Of a stretch of 64,000 nt of DNA, positions 36,770 through 49,876 are shown piece after piece. The stretch comes from Isurus oxyrinchus (taxonomy: Eukaryota): positions 38,936,001 to 39,000,000 of the forward strand of contig JANJGN010000002.1 of NCBI GenBank assembly GCA_026770705.1, written 5' to 3'. Made by a program: the position numbers and the translations under genes. Positions within the stretch are counted from its first letter, which is position 1; every line of letters begins with the position of its first letter. The notes under the pieces were generated by a model. The model had not been told where the DNA came from and ran no database searches. It saw only the letters and a program-made list of their open reading frames with translations.

Positions 36770-37000
36770 TGAGGATCTGCACTCGTACTTGCTGCCCTTG
36801 TGAGGTCATTACACTTTTTCTACATTGAACCCAGGTTTTGGCACTGACTCTGTCAGCACCTTTGTCTAGGCCTCCTGGACAGTTGTCTCAGGGATGCTCC
36901 TGCAGGTGCTGGGGAGCAGTGTCTCCTTTTTTGCCTTGAACTCCTCCAGCAGGTCCTCCAGGAAAACACCTGGAAACCCATTGGAGCTATGCAGCCTGCG
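36770..37000 (-). pseudogene. Decayed Myb/SANT (Harbinger ORF) fragment
   Basis: FPGVFLEDLLEEFKAKKETLLP and WVQCR/KKCNDLTR (frameshifted), resembling Myb/MADF motifs of Harbinger elements. Confidence 0.55.
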
Positions 37001-37999
37001 ACTCATCACCACAATGAGAAGTCTATCCAAGCCAGCAGGAAATGTAACTTCACTTGCAGCCTTAAGTAGGCCATGGGAGACACAATGGATGTTGAGTAGA
37101 GAAAATAGGCAGGCTACCCATTTCCCGGCATGATTGGGTGTGCATCTGAATCATATTAAAATGATTCATGGGCGATAAAAATTCTCTGAGATTCATGCTG
37201 GAGACATCATGGGAGCCTGCATTCACCCTGTCAAATTCCTGCCCTGAGTTAAAATCAGGAATTGTGTCTCTGGGTCCAGCTGATCTCCTTGGCATGCCTT
37301 CACTCATCTTGTATCACCTACATCCATGATTTAAGGTACTGTTACACTCAATCCTAATTTTATACAGTTGCCAACTGGCATGAGATTCTGCAACCTTATT
37401 GGACCAGAGATTCAGTGGAAACTTGCATTGGAAGAGCGCTTTTCCATATTCCTTCTACTCAAATGATCTTTCTATGTGCATGTGCAAATGGTTTACGAAG
37501 GGCCAGTATTCTAGTGATCAGTCGGCTGCTTTTGTTTGAACATAGATATTTACAACATCGTTTGAAGCTGAAAAATAGAACAAGGCCTAAAATGAAACAA
37601 AGAAGAAAGCACAAAGCATATTTTGAAAAAAACCCCAAATCTCAAACAGCTTTGCACGTGGAGCTTTCTGTTAAATCATATACGTGGGCGAATGTGCAGC
37701 ACAGTCCTGGAAATCGTGCACAGACTGATCTCAGTACAGTTTCCATTGCACTGACTATGGTAACTTCTGTACTAGAAGACCTTAGGTCTTTAAACAAAAG
37801 ACTGCAGTCAAAATATACCATGTGTTGATGCCTGCCCAATTTCGTGAGGCTTGTGCCCACATACAATCCAGATTATGGGGCTGATCCTGCCAGCCAGAAA
37901 ATCTGTCCTAGTGCTTTTGAAAGTTTGTTTCTTGTCATAGAGTAGACAGTACGTATAAAAAACATTCAAGGCCATACTTTTTCTGTTATATCATGGCTG

Positions 38000-38130
38000 A
38001 TAGTTTAACTTACTTTAAATGCAGATAAAAAACAAATGTTGCATTTCTAACCTTTCCCCCAGTATAGTTTGACTTACTTTAAATGTGAATTAAACTACAA
38101 ATGTAACATTTCTAACCTTTCCTCCAGTAT
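38000..38130. repeat. ~64-bp tandem duplication
   Basis: TAGTTT.ACTTACTTTAAATG...CATTTCTAACCTTTCC.CCAGTA at 38001 and 38065. Confidence 0.85.
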
Positions 38131-39154
38131 CTGTAAACACATTATGCAACTATTTCTGACACGGCTTATGGATTCCAGCTGCACACATTAACCAAATTTA
38201 AGTAAACCTTACTTATGCCAAGCCGACAAAGAATTCACACCGTCTAAACTTCCAACAACACCTTTCAGACCAAATAAAACATTCCTTTACTGAGTTGAAA
38301 TAAACAGCAAGCAGACTTCCAATATATTTCTATCATCACTTTTCTCAGAGTGCAATGTGCTGGCAGTTACAGCACATCATCCACGGCACCAGCTAAGTCC
38401 ACTGCCTTACCAAATGAAGTACACCATAATCATGCTCAACACAAGCATTGGAAACAAATATTAAATATAAAATAACATGAAGTCCAAAATGAAGCAATCT
38501 TGCGTGGTTTGGAGTTTGAACGTGCCAATGCTTTTTTTTCTCTTTCAGTTCCTTTAAGGGCCTTCTGCTTTTTGGCTCCAAAGCATGGGCCTCTGACTGA
38601 GGTAATGTAACATTTATGTGAAGCAGCTGTTCAGAAGAGGAAGCACATTGCGAGTTGAAATAAAGACAGCGGTGCAGAATTGCATTTCAGCAGGGGGCAA
38701 ATGATTGCAGTTCTACATCCTGTTTATGACCAGACATGGATAGTCAAAGAGTGGTAACAAAGAGGAAAAAGGATGCACTTCTGTGAAATGCATAATCCAT
38801 TATCATTGATTTGTCGCTATTGGTTGACGCTACTTATTTTTATCCACATTACACTAGTAACTGTCAGTGATTCACATACCATTAAGCATGTTATTGTCTC
38901 TCAGACCTTGTTGTGGCATTTAAATTTTTCTTCACCTGTAGAAGAGTTTGCTTCAAATCCATAGGAAGCCTATGGCATAACGATGCTTCTTTTTATTGTG
39001 CATGACCTGTGCTAATGCTGTGGTCCCTGGTGTGTGTAGCCCACATAGGGTTGTCGACTCTGATTGGAGGGTTCATCACGTAACCTTCCAACTCTAACTG
39101 CCTCACCAAGTCAAACAACCTTTCTTGTCAGCTCCAATATTTTATAATTAATAA

Positions 39155-40930
39155 CCACAACAAAAATGTATATTTATATAGGGCCTTTAAAGTAATAAAA
39201 TAGCCCAAGGTGCTTCACTGAAGAGTGTAAAACAAAGTGTGACACCATCACACATAAGGAGATATTAGGGCAGATGACCAAACCTGTTATCAACGAGTAG
39301 ATTTAAGGAGAGTCTTAAAGAAGGAAAGTGAGGTAGAGAGGCAGAGAAATATAGTAAGGGTTTTCCAGTGCTTGGGGCCTAGGCAACTGAAGGTATACAG
39401 CCATCAATGGGGAATAAATTGAAATTGGGGATGCTCAAGAGACCAGAATTGGATGGGTGCAGATATCAGAGGGTTGTGAGGCAGGAGGGGGTGATCCATA
39501 GAGAGATGAGAATTTTAAAACCAAGACTTTGCTGGCCTGGAGCCAATGTAGGTCAGCGAGCACAAGGGTGAACGGAATTTGATGCGAGTTAAGACATGGG
39601 CAGCAGAGTTATGAATTATCTCAAGTTTACAGAGGGTACAATGTGGTAGACCATGCAGGAGTACATTGGAATTGCAGAGTCTAGAAGTATCAAAGGCATG
39701 AATGAAGGTTTCAGCAGTTGATGAGCTAAGCAGAGATGAAGTTGAGTGATGTCACAGAGTTTGGAGTGGAAACCAAAAACAATGGCTTCATTCTTTCCAA
39801 TATTTAATTGGAGGAAATTTCAGTTCACCCAGTACTGGATGTCAGATAAGTGGTGGAAATATTACCTTTGTTATTGTCATATAGGATGTCATTCATTACT
39901 TTGCTGTGAGCCATTTTGGTAAAGTGGCAGGGACAGATTCCTGATTATAGGAATTTGAACATGGGCAGAATTTTTCATATGGCAGGTGGGTTTGGCGGGA
40001 GTGGGCTGGGATGGGTGCGGAGCCGATCGCCACCTGTGATCGGCTGCGTGCCATCATTTTACGAGGGCAGGCCACTTGAGGCCCGCCCAGCGTAATATAC
40101 GAGCTGAAGCGCTCAGCGCTACCAACACGGAGCTGCCTCAGGGCGACTGAATCAATATTAAAATAATTAAATAAAAGATTTAAAAATTTATTTAAACATG
40201 TCCCCTCATGTGACTGTGTCACATGAGATGGAACATGGTTTTATATGAATGAAAATTTATTTATTTATTCGATAAAAGCTTTAGGAAACCTCATCCCACT
40301 CACGGATGAGATTTCCTAAAAAACGCAAAGGCCGCTTGGGCTTTTCGCCTGCCCACTAACCTTAAGGTTGGATGGGCATCATTAACAATGGCAATAATTA
40401 CTTTGTTAACGGCCCTATTAGGCCGATTCCATTTTGGTGGGTGCGCAACCGACACCAGCCGGCGCCTGCCGAATGAAATATCACGGGACTGCGCAATGAC
40501 GTCAGGACGCACACCCAATGTCATTTTACTCATCAGTATGTCAGGCCCATTGAAAGATTCTCCCCATGGAGTTCTAGGAAAGATGGGCATAGATTTGGGA
40601 AGCAACAACAGCATGTTCAAGGACATTGCATAGGAAAGGCAGTTTGGAAATGGGATGGTGGTTTGCAAGGATGGTGGGATCAAGTATAGGTTTTTTGAGA
40701 AAAAGGGTGATGATGCCAGGTTTAAAGGAGAGAGGGGCAATGCCCAAGGAAAGAGAACCAGTAACAATATTGGTTAACTTGGGGATCAGAAAGGGAAGTT
40801 CGGTGGCCAGCAATTCAGTGGGAATAGGGTCAAGGGAGCAGGAGATGAGTATCATGGACAAAGTCTCTCTAGGCAAGATGAGTTCAGAGTGGGCATGTGA
40901 GGAGGTAGGAGAGAAACTGGAGAAACTGAA
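39155..40930 (-). mobile_element. L2 LINE fragments interrupted by a MITE
   Basis: SCSLDPIPTELL..LKKPILDP..NHHPISKLPFL (40574-40876); L2-type tail TATTTATATAG.GCCTTTA at ~39170. Confidence 0.75.
39963..40565. mobile_element. MITE (same superfamily as 12808-13489)
   Basis: TIRs GGGCAGAATTTTTC / GAAAGATTCTCCCC; shared internal hairpins. Confidence 0.75.
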
Positions 40931-42116
40931 TTAAAGCTTCAAAAGAAAATGAATAAAACATACAATCCTTTTAATGCAGCTATGATTATTTTTCCTGGAT
41001 TACTTGCAGTAGTACCCTGGAGACTAATCTTTAATTCCTTGGGGCTCCAGGAAAATCCTGGAAAATTGGCAACCCTAAACCAGTGTCACCTCTGAAGCGA
41101 ACTTGTGTGCAAAGGCTGGCTGTCAGGTAGATCCATACTGGGGGGTCTCAATAAAACACGGCTCCATGTGCCTGATCGCATCCTTAGTAGTGGGAAGGCC
41201 TGTGACCAATTTGGTCTCAGATGGTTTATTGCTAAATTCAACAGGGCCTTTTATCAGGTGGTCATGGAGGCCCCTCCCCCAATCCGAGACCACTGCCCTC
41301 ATTTCCACAGTGTGGTGAGGATACTGCACTTAATTCCGGACTCATTCCTGAAATTGGGAAAAGTAAAACTTCATTAGGCCCCCCCACAATTATAATGTTG
41401 TGGCCCAAGGATAAATTTAGTGTGGCATTTCGGGCCTCAATCTCCAATCTGGTCTGCCTGCTGTACAACCGCACTTGGATTTGGGCACTAACCTATTTAG
41501 ACGGCAATGTTTTATTTACTGGGTCTTCACGGCAAACTCAACAGGATTACTTTGTGGTTGCAGCTGGCTATGTAAGACCCACGTGTCGACAGTACGAGCA
41601 TGGCCTTCAATCCATTCTAAAAGCAATTACAGTATACATTTGAAATTTCTTTCTGTCTATTTACCGTACATGAGGATAGATTCCACACATCCTTCTGGTT
41701 TGGATAGACCAGTGTAAAAAGATACATTGGTATATGCTGAGCTGGTAAACTTTTTATTCAGTCCCAGCTGATATAGAGGCTACATTTTATTAGTATTGCA
41801 ACACTAAATTCTGTCGACTAATCAGCGTTATATGCTGCCAAATCAAATTGATCAGTTTTTTTCTGTTATGGATTGTTCAATTTTAAATGTTGATGTAAAT
41901 AGCCCAATTAAACTTGAACACCAAACCTAGCAGTGATTCCAAAAATGACTATCGTTCTCTTTACACCTTGCTCATAACAGTAAAAGGCAGGCAAATCAAT
42001 TTATGATTCATTTCTGATTCACGCTAAATTACTTTATTTCAGAATGGCTTTAAGTGAAACTCACTTTACTGGTGTGTTTCCGGAAGCCTGCAGTCAAAGA
42101 AGAAAGAATAATTTAC

Positions 42117-42342
42117 TCGAATTGTTCTCTCTAGTGAAAGTGCAAACTCATGGATAAAGTTCCACCAGTATGGCAGCCCTGCAGCAACCAAAGCCGTCAT
42201 TTCTCAAGTGAGAGTCTTGGAGAGCTATTTGACTTTGGAAGATGTGGCAACTAAGTCCGATCTCTTCCTCACTTTGGCTACAAAGGTGCCTTTTTGTTGA
42301 ACAGCATATCTGGCTTGCTTTTAATCTTATAACCTCAGGATG
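42117..42342 (-). other. Candidate host exon (possibly UTR plus 28-codon start)
   Basis: Polypyrimidine TTTCTTTTCAG acceptor, GAAATG at 42200, 84-nt open frame MTALVAAGLPYWWNFIHEFALSLERTIR to a phase-0 CGA|GTAAAT donor; non-repetitive context; gene not recognised. Confidence 0.25.
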
Positions 42343-43179
42343 CTGAAAAGAAATTGTACAGTGAAGTCCCGCCTTTAGCGAATTCCTTGTTCGTGTATTC
42401 ATTTACCCGCGCTAAAGCCTTTGTGAAGCAGATCGCCCATTGCATGTCCAATTATTCACTTATTCGCAGTTTTAAACGTAAAAATAGAAGCCAACTTTAG
42501 AAAATGTGGAAAACCTGAGAAAAACCTGATTCACACTGGAAATAAAAATTGCCCTTGTAATCTCATAGCTTGCTCTAAATTCTTTACCCATGGGGCTCAA
42601 TTTTAATCAACATGTCACATATTAAATGGGTATGACTTGCTCTGTTTTTAATTCAACTGAGATTAAAGGTACACTCTAAATGCTGAGCAAGCTAGTCTGA
42701 CAAAAGACGGTCAATGTTCCTAAAGTTAGATATTTAAGATTTGCTGTTCTTACTGAAGGCACCATAAAAGTAACAAATCTTTTCAGACTCAAAAGGATTT
42801 GTACCTTCTTACACACAGGTGAGAATGAGGTGCCGCAGTTGCAAAGGTGATTATAACTATTCTGTGCTGAGTCCGTAAGTAGATTATTGTTATGCATAGG
42901 CAAATGGGTACTTCACAAAAACATCATGTACAAATGACTAGTATGGCAAAAATTAGAATTGGAGGAAAGTTTGTTGTGGTCAACAAAAACTGCTCAAACC
43001 AATGCTACCCTCACACTACTGAAATCTAGTTGATTCCCATTGTAAAGCAAGCTCATTGTTCGTGAATTCACCATTTGCAAGGTTTTGTGGGAATGTAACC
43101 CCTGCAAACAGTGGAATTTTACTGTAAATGTCTTGACAGATCACTGAACTTAGTACCTGACCTATAAGTGAAAGAAAAT

Positions 43180-43450
43180 AAAAACTTGCATATTTGTATA
43201 GCACTTTTAATAATCACCAAACATCTCAAAGCACTTTACAGCCGATGAAGTACTTTCTGAAGTGTGGTCACTTTCAATGTAGGAAACACAGTGGCCAATA
43301 TGTTCGCAGGAAACTCCCAGAAACAGCAATGTGATAATGACCAATTAGCCCATTTTTGTGATGCTCTTTGAGAGATAAATGTTGGCCAGGACATGGGTAT
43401 AATGCCCCTACATTTCTTTGGAATAGTGTCATGGGACCTTTTATCTACCC
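43180..43450 (-). mobile_element. SINE with L2-type tail (Deu/SacSINE-like)
   Basis: AACTTGCAT..TATAGCAC..CTCAAAGCACTTTACAG..GTCACT..TGTAGGAAAC..AAACAGCAATGTGATAATGACC. Confidence 0.6.
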
Positions 43451-44234
43451 TTCTGGCACCAGCTGGAGGAGCTTTAGTCAGGTCCCACTTTGAGTGCTAA
43501 GTGGAATTACGAGGAAATAAAATATTCAGAGAGAGAAAACAAAATGGATGTCATTTACTCAATCAACTCAGATTACCCCCTGCTGTACAACATGGCTGAA
43601 AAAGGAGTGTGTTAAAAGTCCACAGTCTAAAGGACCCAGTGGAGATGGAGAGGAAATATAATTGAACATTGCAGTTACAAGAACTGGTATACAGCATATT
43701 CTAAAAATCTGAGTCTGACTGGGAGGGCATAAAGAGCCAATTGAATAAATATGAGCAATAAAGACAGAAAATACCCATCCACATCAGTGAAGAGAAATGA
43801 CCAGTTTGGCGTGTGGACCCTCTATCCGACCTGGAAACTCAAAGATAAGTGTGTTCTTGTATGGCTTCCAGGTTTTAAATTATTCAGGAGCATTTTATTA
43901 TAAAACATTCTGGTTGCTAATTGAACTGCTATCTTTGAAATGCTTAAATTGGCTGTTGTTTGTATGCAAGAATTTCTGTTTAATTTTTGAAGTGGGGATA
44001 AACATTTGAAACAAAAGAAATGAAGATTCATCTTTAGACTGGAATTGGCAGCACTTGGAGTGCAAATGTGTGCAACTGCTGACTATACATCTATTTTGAA
44101 TGTAGTATTAGTGCAGAATAGGTGCAAAGTCCAAGGGTTTTAATTGAACTTCTCAAGACAAGTGATATTGAAAGGAGTGAAGACGTCACTTTTTTTTATG
44201 CAGAACTGTTGCATCAGAGATGCAAGCAATGATC

Positions 44235-44424
44235 AAAAGCAAAATACTGAAGATGCTGAAAATGTGAAATAAAAACAGAAAATGCTGGAAAATACTCAGA
44301 TCTGGAGAAAGAAAACAGGAAAATCTCTCTTCAGAACTGAAGTGTCATCAACCTTAAACATTACCTCTGTTTTTCTCTCCACAGATACTGCCAGATCTTC
44401 TGAGTATTTCCAGCTGTTTTCTGC
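44235..44424. mobile_element. Old mini PLE terminal-repeat hairpin
   Basis: AGATGCTGAAAAT..ACAGAAAATGCTGGAAAATACTCAG inverted with CTGAGTATTTCCAGC..TTTTCTG; central decayed CTGAAG..AAAC.TTA. Confidence 0.65.
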
Positions 44425-45909
44425 AGCCTGTGATGGTGCTGTAAGACATGGCTTAATATGCTAGCTGATGGAAATGTGAACTGTATTTTTTTTGTGGATA
44501 GCAGTGTAACTGAGGCTCATTGACAAATTGCTTGCATCACATGCAATGTGGGATTTTGACAGCTGTTACCTACAGCCTCAATTCGAGTAATCTAGAGCAT
44601 TGTTGGTGGCCTAGGTTTCTGCAAGAGACAAAACCCTATCTTTATCATAGTAGTATTTGTTTCAGTTCAGGGTTTTCCACCCATAAACGTAGTACATACC
44701 AGTTAAAAGGCACATGGAAAACCTATCATTGCTCATAGATGAGGAAAGCATTTTGTATGACATACGGATGCAGGTCACCTTTAAGAAAATTACTTATAAA
44801 TTATGTTCCTTTCTAAATATTGTTAAGGACAACACATTAATTTTAAACACTCGTAATATGGAACAGAATGAAGCTCCTCTAAATTACCACAACACATCCA
44901 GTGATATAAATACCAGAGTGGTGTGACATTTTCATCACCAGTCACCAATGCATCCAAGATGGTGCTCTTATATTGAGGACAGCAGAAGTAGGGTGGCTAT
45001 TCATCTGCTTTTATACTGAGCAATTCAGTTTTCAGATGGACTGTCCCCTGTCCAGAACCCAATTTGAACCAGACATCTTACTGTCTAATATTTTCAAAGT
45101 GCTTATCACCCCAGCTGCTATAAACATTTAAAGTCAAAATTATTGTCTGTGGGCCACCGTACCAGCCTCACAACGAACCTCAGGCCTATTCAGGCAGAAG
45201 GTGGTAGAGGTGCTTTGGCTGCATTCAGGGTAGAGTGTAGCTGACTCTCCATGTGTGTGTCCTTTATGACACCCTCAGGCTACATTACTTCATCGTACAG
45301 GCACACTGATGCATGCAGAACACTAGTCTTGATCGAGTAGCTGCCGTGAAGTCTGAGGAGAGAGTGTGAGAGACACAATGGCAGACTGCAGGTAAAGCAT
45401 TATTCATTTTTTTTAACCTGCTTTAGTTTCTCCAAGGTTCATCATAAGCTGGAAATGTTCAAGCTCCCATGTTTAGCTCACTGTAAGACACTGGGTTCAT
45501 TGTGTGTGGTATTTATTTTGCATAAAAATTGTGTGTATATGTTGGCAATCTGGTATTCCTCAGGTCCATCAGTGACCCTAGCCTGAAGGCTGTAGTGCTG
45601 CTCAGATCAATGGCACCTCCAACTTCCTTCCTCATCAAACACCAATTTCTGAACACCAAAGCACGCAGGTGACTTCTTCTTCAACCGCTGCCAACAGAGT
45701 TTCTTGTGGATGCAAATAAGTGATTCAGGTTCTGGTCTTTTCATCCCCTACCCATACTTGATGTGACCTCAAAGTTACAGTAGTGTCGCCCATGACAGCC
45801 CCCCTCCGCCCCAGCTGTAACTCGAATGAAGCAGGAAACTAACTCAAGCGATGGTTTTCTTACCTATGCAGAGTCAGCTCAACTCAACCAGAGTGATGGG
45901 GGAAAACTG

Positions 45910-46793
45910 AACTGCAAAACAGAAAATGCTGAAAATATTCAGCAGGTCAGGCAGCTCCTATGGAGCGGGAAGCAGTGTCAATCTTTTGGGTCGATGAAGG
46001 CCACCGACCAGAAATATTTGGGTTGGACTTCACATCCGCAAATCATGTGGGTGGCCTGCCGACCGGCCCCGCCCCCTCCCTTGCGCGCGCGCGCGCGGTG
46101 CAAACGTAAGATACGGCGTGATGACGTCAAGTCAGCCAAACAATGTCATCACGTCAGCCCCAGGTACCCGCCATTTTGATATGACCAAGCTATTGAGGTT
46201 GTTCAAGAAACAAAGTCTTTTTTTTGTAATTTTTCGTTACCGGATTAATTTTCCGGACGTTGGACAGAAACAAGTTTGGGAGTCCTTACGGCAGGTACGA
46301 CGGGACGGCATAAGGGTGAAAGGAAAGGTATGCCACCGGGACCGTGGCCGCACGTAGCAGCAGATCCTGCTGGTGGCCGCGTCTGTATAGTTTTAATTTC
46401 ATTTATTAAATTTTTCGAGTCTGCCATAATAATTAAAAAAAGACGTCGAGAGAGGGCAGGGGGCCTTTAAATTTGTAGCCGTGACTGACTCTCTGTGCAC
46501 GACATAACCCCTCTGCAGAATGACACTCCGGCCGACACTCCCAATTGGGCGCAGCTCGAGCAGGAGCACCCCCCCAATTTTGCATCTCTAATTGGCCGCC
46601 TTCCCAGCGGGCGGTCGATAATTGGCTGCCCACGCTGGGTTCACCGTGCATAGCAGGGGCAGCAGCGAGTGCGCCGCTCACTTTCTGTACCACCTCTCTC
46701 TCAGCCCGCCGAAAACTGGAAAGTCCAGCTCATTAACTCATACTCCCACCACAAGTGCTGCCCGATCTGCTGAGCATTTCCAGCTTTTTTCTG
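45910..46793. mobile_element. Old mini PLE hairpin interrupted by a CpG-rich MITE (46020-46731)
   Basis: PLE ends at 45910-46018 and 46732-46793; insert TIRs GGGTTGGACTT / AAAGTCCAGCTC, ATT on both sides. Confidence 0.65.
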
Positions 46794-48251
46794 ACGATAG
46801 GGGTATTCCAATTTGCCTCAGAATCTCTGAATTAAAGAGCGGAAACAAATCACGGCTCCCACTCCCAATTGCGAGGGTCATGCATCGTAGTCTGCCAGCT
46901 ACACTCAGTGTCAAGGCACGCACGCGGCGAATAATCACTTGACTGGAGGACTAGAGATAACCAACACAGGCTGGCCTACTAGGAAGGAATCGACATCTTC
47001 AATGGAGGAGACAGACTGGCGAAAAAATATATAATAAAGGTGTTTTTAGAGGATTCTGTACTATCACCAGCAACATTCAATGCTTTTTGTTTTTTGTGAC
47101 ATCACCCAGCTCATTCATAAAAGCCAGAGGCACCAGTCTAAATTCATGACTTTCAAGCTATTGCATATGTACAGTTGTTGGTCTGTTGCTGCCAGTGTAA
47201 TGTAAATGGAAAGGATTCAACAGCACCAACCACTTTGTAATATGAAAGGGGCTAGCAGATGGTTCAGCTGCTGGAAGGAATTGACTGGGCGGGGAACTGG
47301 AGGAAAATACCTGTACCCTACTGCTCCTTGACAAGGAGCTAATGTACCACACCGTGGGGCTGCACTAATCCCTACACAAAAAAGTATGTTTGCCTGAGGT
47401 GAACAATTGGATAAAGAGAATGTTTTGTTCGCTGTGGTGATGGGGGTGGCGATGATATTTCTGTTAAGACCATTGTATTGTACTCTTTAAGTAGTTACAT
47501 AACACTCAGGTTGTATTGAAATACATCACACCACCATAAAGTGACAGAAAGCCCACAGACATTTTCCTATCCATTTCCCAACTGTTATTGATCTGGTCAA
47601 TGGAAAATGTTCCCTGAGGAATGATAAAGTGTTCATTTGGGTCCAGATTGCACCAATTCCTACCTCATTTATGTGCTGTGATTAATTGGCACTTGATCTA
47701 TTTGCATCAGAGCAACCCAAATTATAACCGTGCTAAAACCGCTGGTCCAGTAGTGGGAAAAATGGTTGCTCTTAAACAAACATTGCTGAACAATGTTTTG
47801 TGAGCAATTTATTCATGAAACAGGAACCGACAGTGCAAACATTCCAAAATGGTTTACTATTGTGACGGTTTCAACAGCATTTCTGTGGCAAATCAAAAAA
47901 TGTAACATTTTGTTTATTCAGAAAAAACCCGTAGGGAAAGTTAAATACTTCATTTTCATCAACATTTGGGAATGGACAGGGAAAAGAGTGCTATGGTAAA
48001 ATGCTGTCCCTCCAGTATCTTACTTACTCCAGCGATTAAAATGTTATTTCAGTCAGCAATTGAAACCCACTTTCATTGGCAAAACAGCTGCCAATTTCTT
48101 GTTCACTAATATGCTTGATGCACCCTCACAAAAAAAATGCCTTGCTTCTTTTACAGTTTCATCATTGAATGTACTGTCTGTGACCTAGTGTGCTTGCTCA
48201 ACCATGTAGACCACGAAGATCCCAGGTTAGACCCCAGTACTGAGTTTACAT

Positions 48252-48894
48252 AGGGGAGGATTTTCCCCTCGTTGGGCAAGCCTGGGAGCAGCTGTGCCAC
48301 AGTCCACCGCCTGCAATCGGGCTTTGACCGCGATTTAACGCTGGCTGGTCAATTAATGGCCAACCAAAGTAAATTGTGTGCTGAAGCACTCAGCTGCCTG
48401 GGTAGGGGGCAGGGGGGGAGAAGGGCAAGCGCGGAAGTCAGTGCATGCGCACGGGTGCACTCAGTGAAAGCTCCTTGAAGGCACAGAGCTGCATCGGGAG
48501 CTGGGGATTTTTAACATTAAAAATAAAGAATGGAAAAATAAGGGAAACATGGGACATGTTAAAAATGAGTTTTAAAAGCTTTTTAAAAAATCAGTGATTG
48601 AAACCTCATTCCGCCTGTGGATGAGGTTTTGCAGAAAATGCGAAGATGGCTTGGCCTATTCACCCGCCTGCCAACCGAAATGCTGGATGGGCATCAAAAA
48701 ATTCAATTTAATTAACTGATTAAGGGTCTTGATAGGATTCTTAATTGTCAGCGGGCGCGCTGCCGCCTCTCGCATGCGCCTGCTGAGTGAAATATCACGA
48801 GAATGCGCACTAACGTCGGGACACTCACCCGACATCATCACGCACTACTTTGCTCCCTTTCAGTTCGGGCACATGTGTGGGAAAAATTCTGCCC
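48252..48894. mobile_element. MITE (same superfamily as 39963-40565)
   Basis: TIRs GGGGAGGATTTTCCC / GGGAAAAATTCTGCCC; GAAACCTCAT..GGATGAGGTTT hairpin. Confidence 0.75.
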
Positions 48895-49876
48895 GTAGTA
48901 TGGCACAGAAACAGGCCATTCAGCCCAATGAGTCCATACTGGTGTTTATGCTTCGCTTGAGTCTCCTCCCATCTTTCCTTATCTAAATTTATCATTGTAA
49001 CCGTCGATTCCGATCTCCCTCACATGCTTGTGAAGATTCACCTTAAATGCATCTTCACTTCAACCATTCTCTGTGGTAGTGAGTTCCACATTCTTAGCAT
49101 TTTTTGGGTAAAGAGGTTTCTTCTGAATTCCCAATTGGATTTCTTCTATATTTACGGCCTTTATTATGCTCTTACCCGCAAGTTAACCGATGCCAGTGAG
49201 GGAACTGGTATTGGTGCGCTATGGTGAACGCCTGTTAAATCATATCCTGTCATTTGTCTGCAGCCTCATGAGAGAAGAGTGGAAAAGGAAAGAGAGTAGA
49301 AATTTCTTTAGTCCCATTCTCAGGGCACAATGGGCAGAACACATATCCCAACCAAGATACACAAAGCCAGCCTGTAATTGGGCCTTGGGCCTCAAAAATG
49401 TTGTTTGGCCACCTTTTTAAAGAGAATATCAAGCTTCCTTGCTTGCTGGAATTTGGCCAGAATTTAAGTCCTGGATCGGGGCCAACCAGGAGTACTGTGG
49501 AGATGGTCTGCTCCTCCTTGCTCCACAAGAATGATTTTTGAAGTTTAGAAATAAAAACCTACTCTCTGTTGGCAGTGGTTACTTCGGTCTCAGTGGCTGC
49601 TGAGGGTTCCTGAGGGAAGCAGGCCAGGCTGTGGCTCTGGCTCCTCTCATCACTATCCAATGTCCCAAAGGGGTCAAAGACAAGTACCTAATGTTCATTC
49701 ATCTAATGCCTCTTTTAGACTGCCACCAGAAATGCCTGAAAAATGGCCTAAATCAATATTGGAACAGACATCATTCAAGCGTCTTTTGGCCATGGGATGT
49801 TGTTCTTGAAATTAATTCTCATTGTGTCCATTTTATAACAATAAAGATAGACACAACAATGGCCAATTTCTTTGTC

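Noticed and set aside
37415-37828. 137-aa ORF as a host gene
   Set aside because: No recognisable motifs, non-ATG start, no splice support; likely random, as are most short ORFs in the track
39046-41078. Single hAT element enclosing L2 and a MITE
   Set aside because: TAGGGTTG../..CAACCCTA ends are present but no 8-bp TSD is visible
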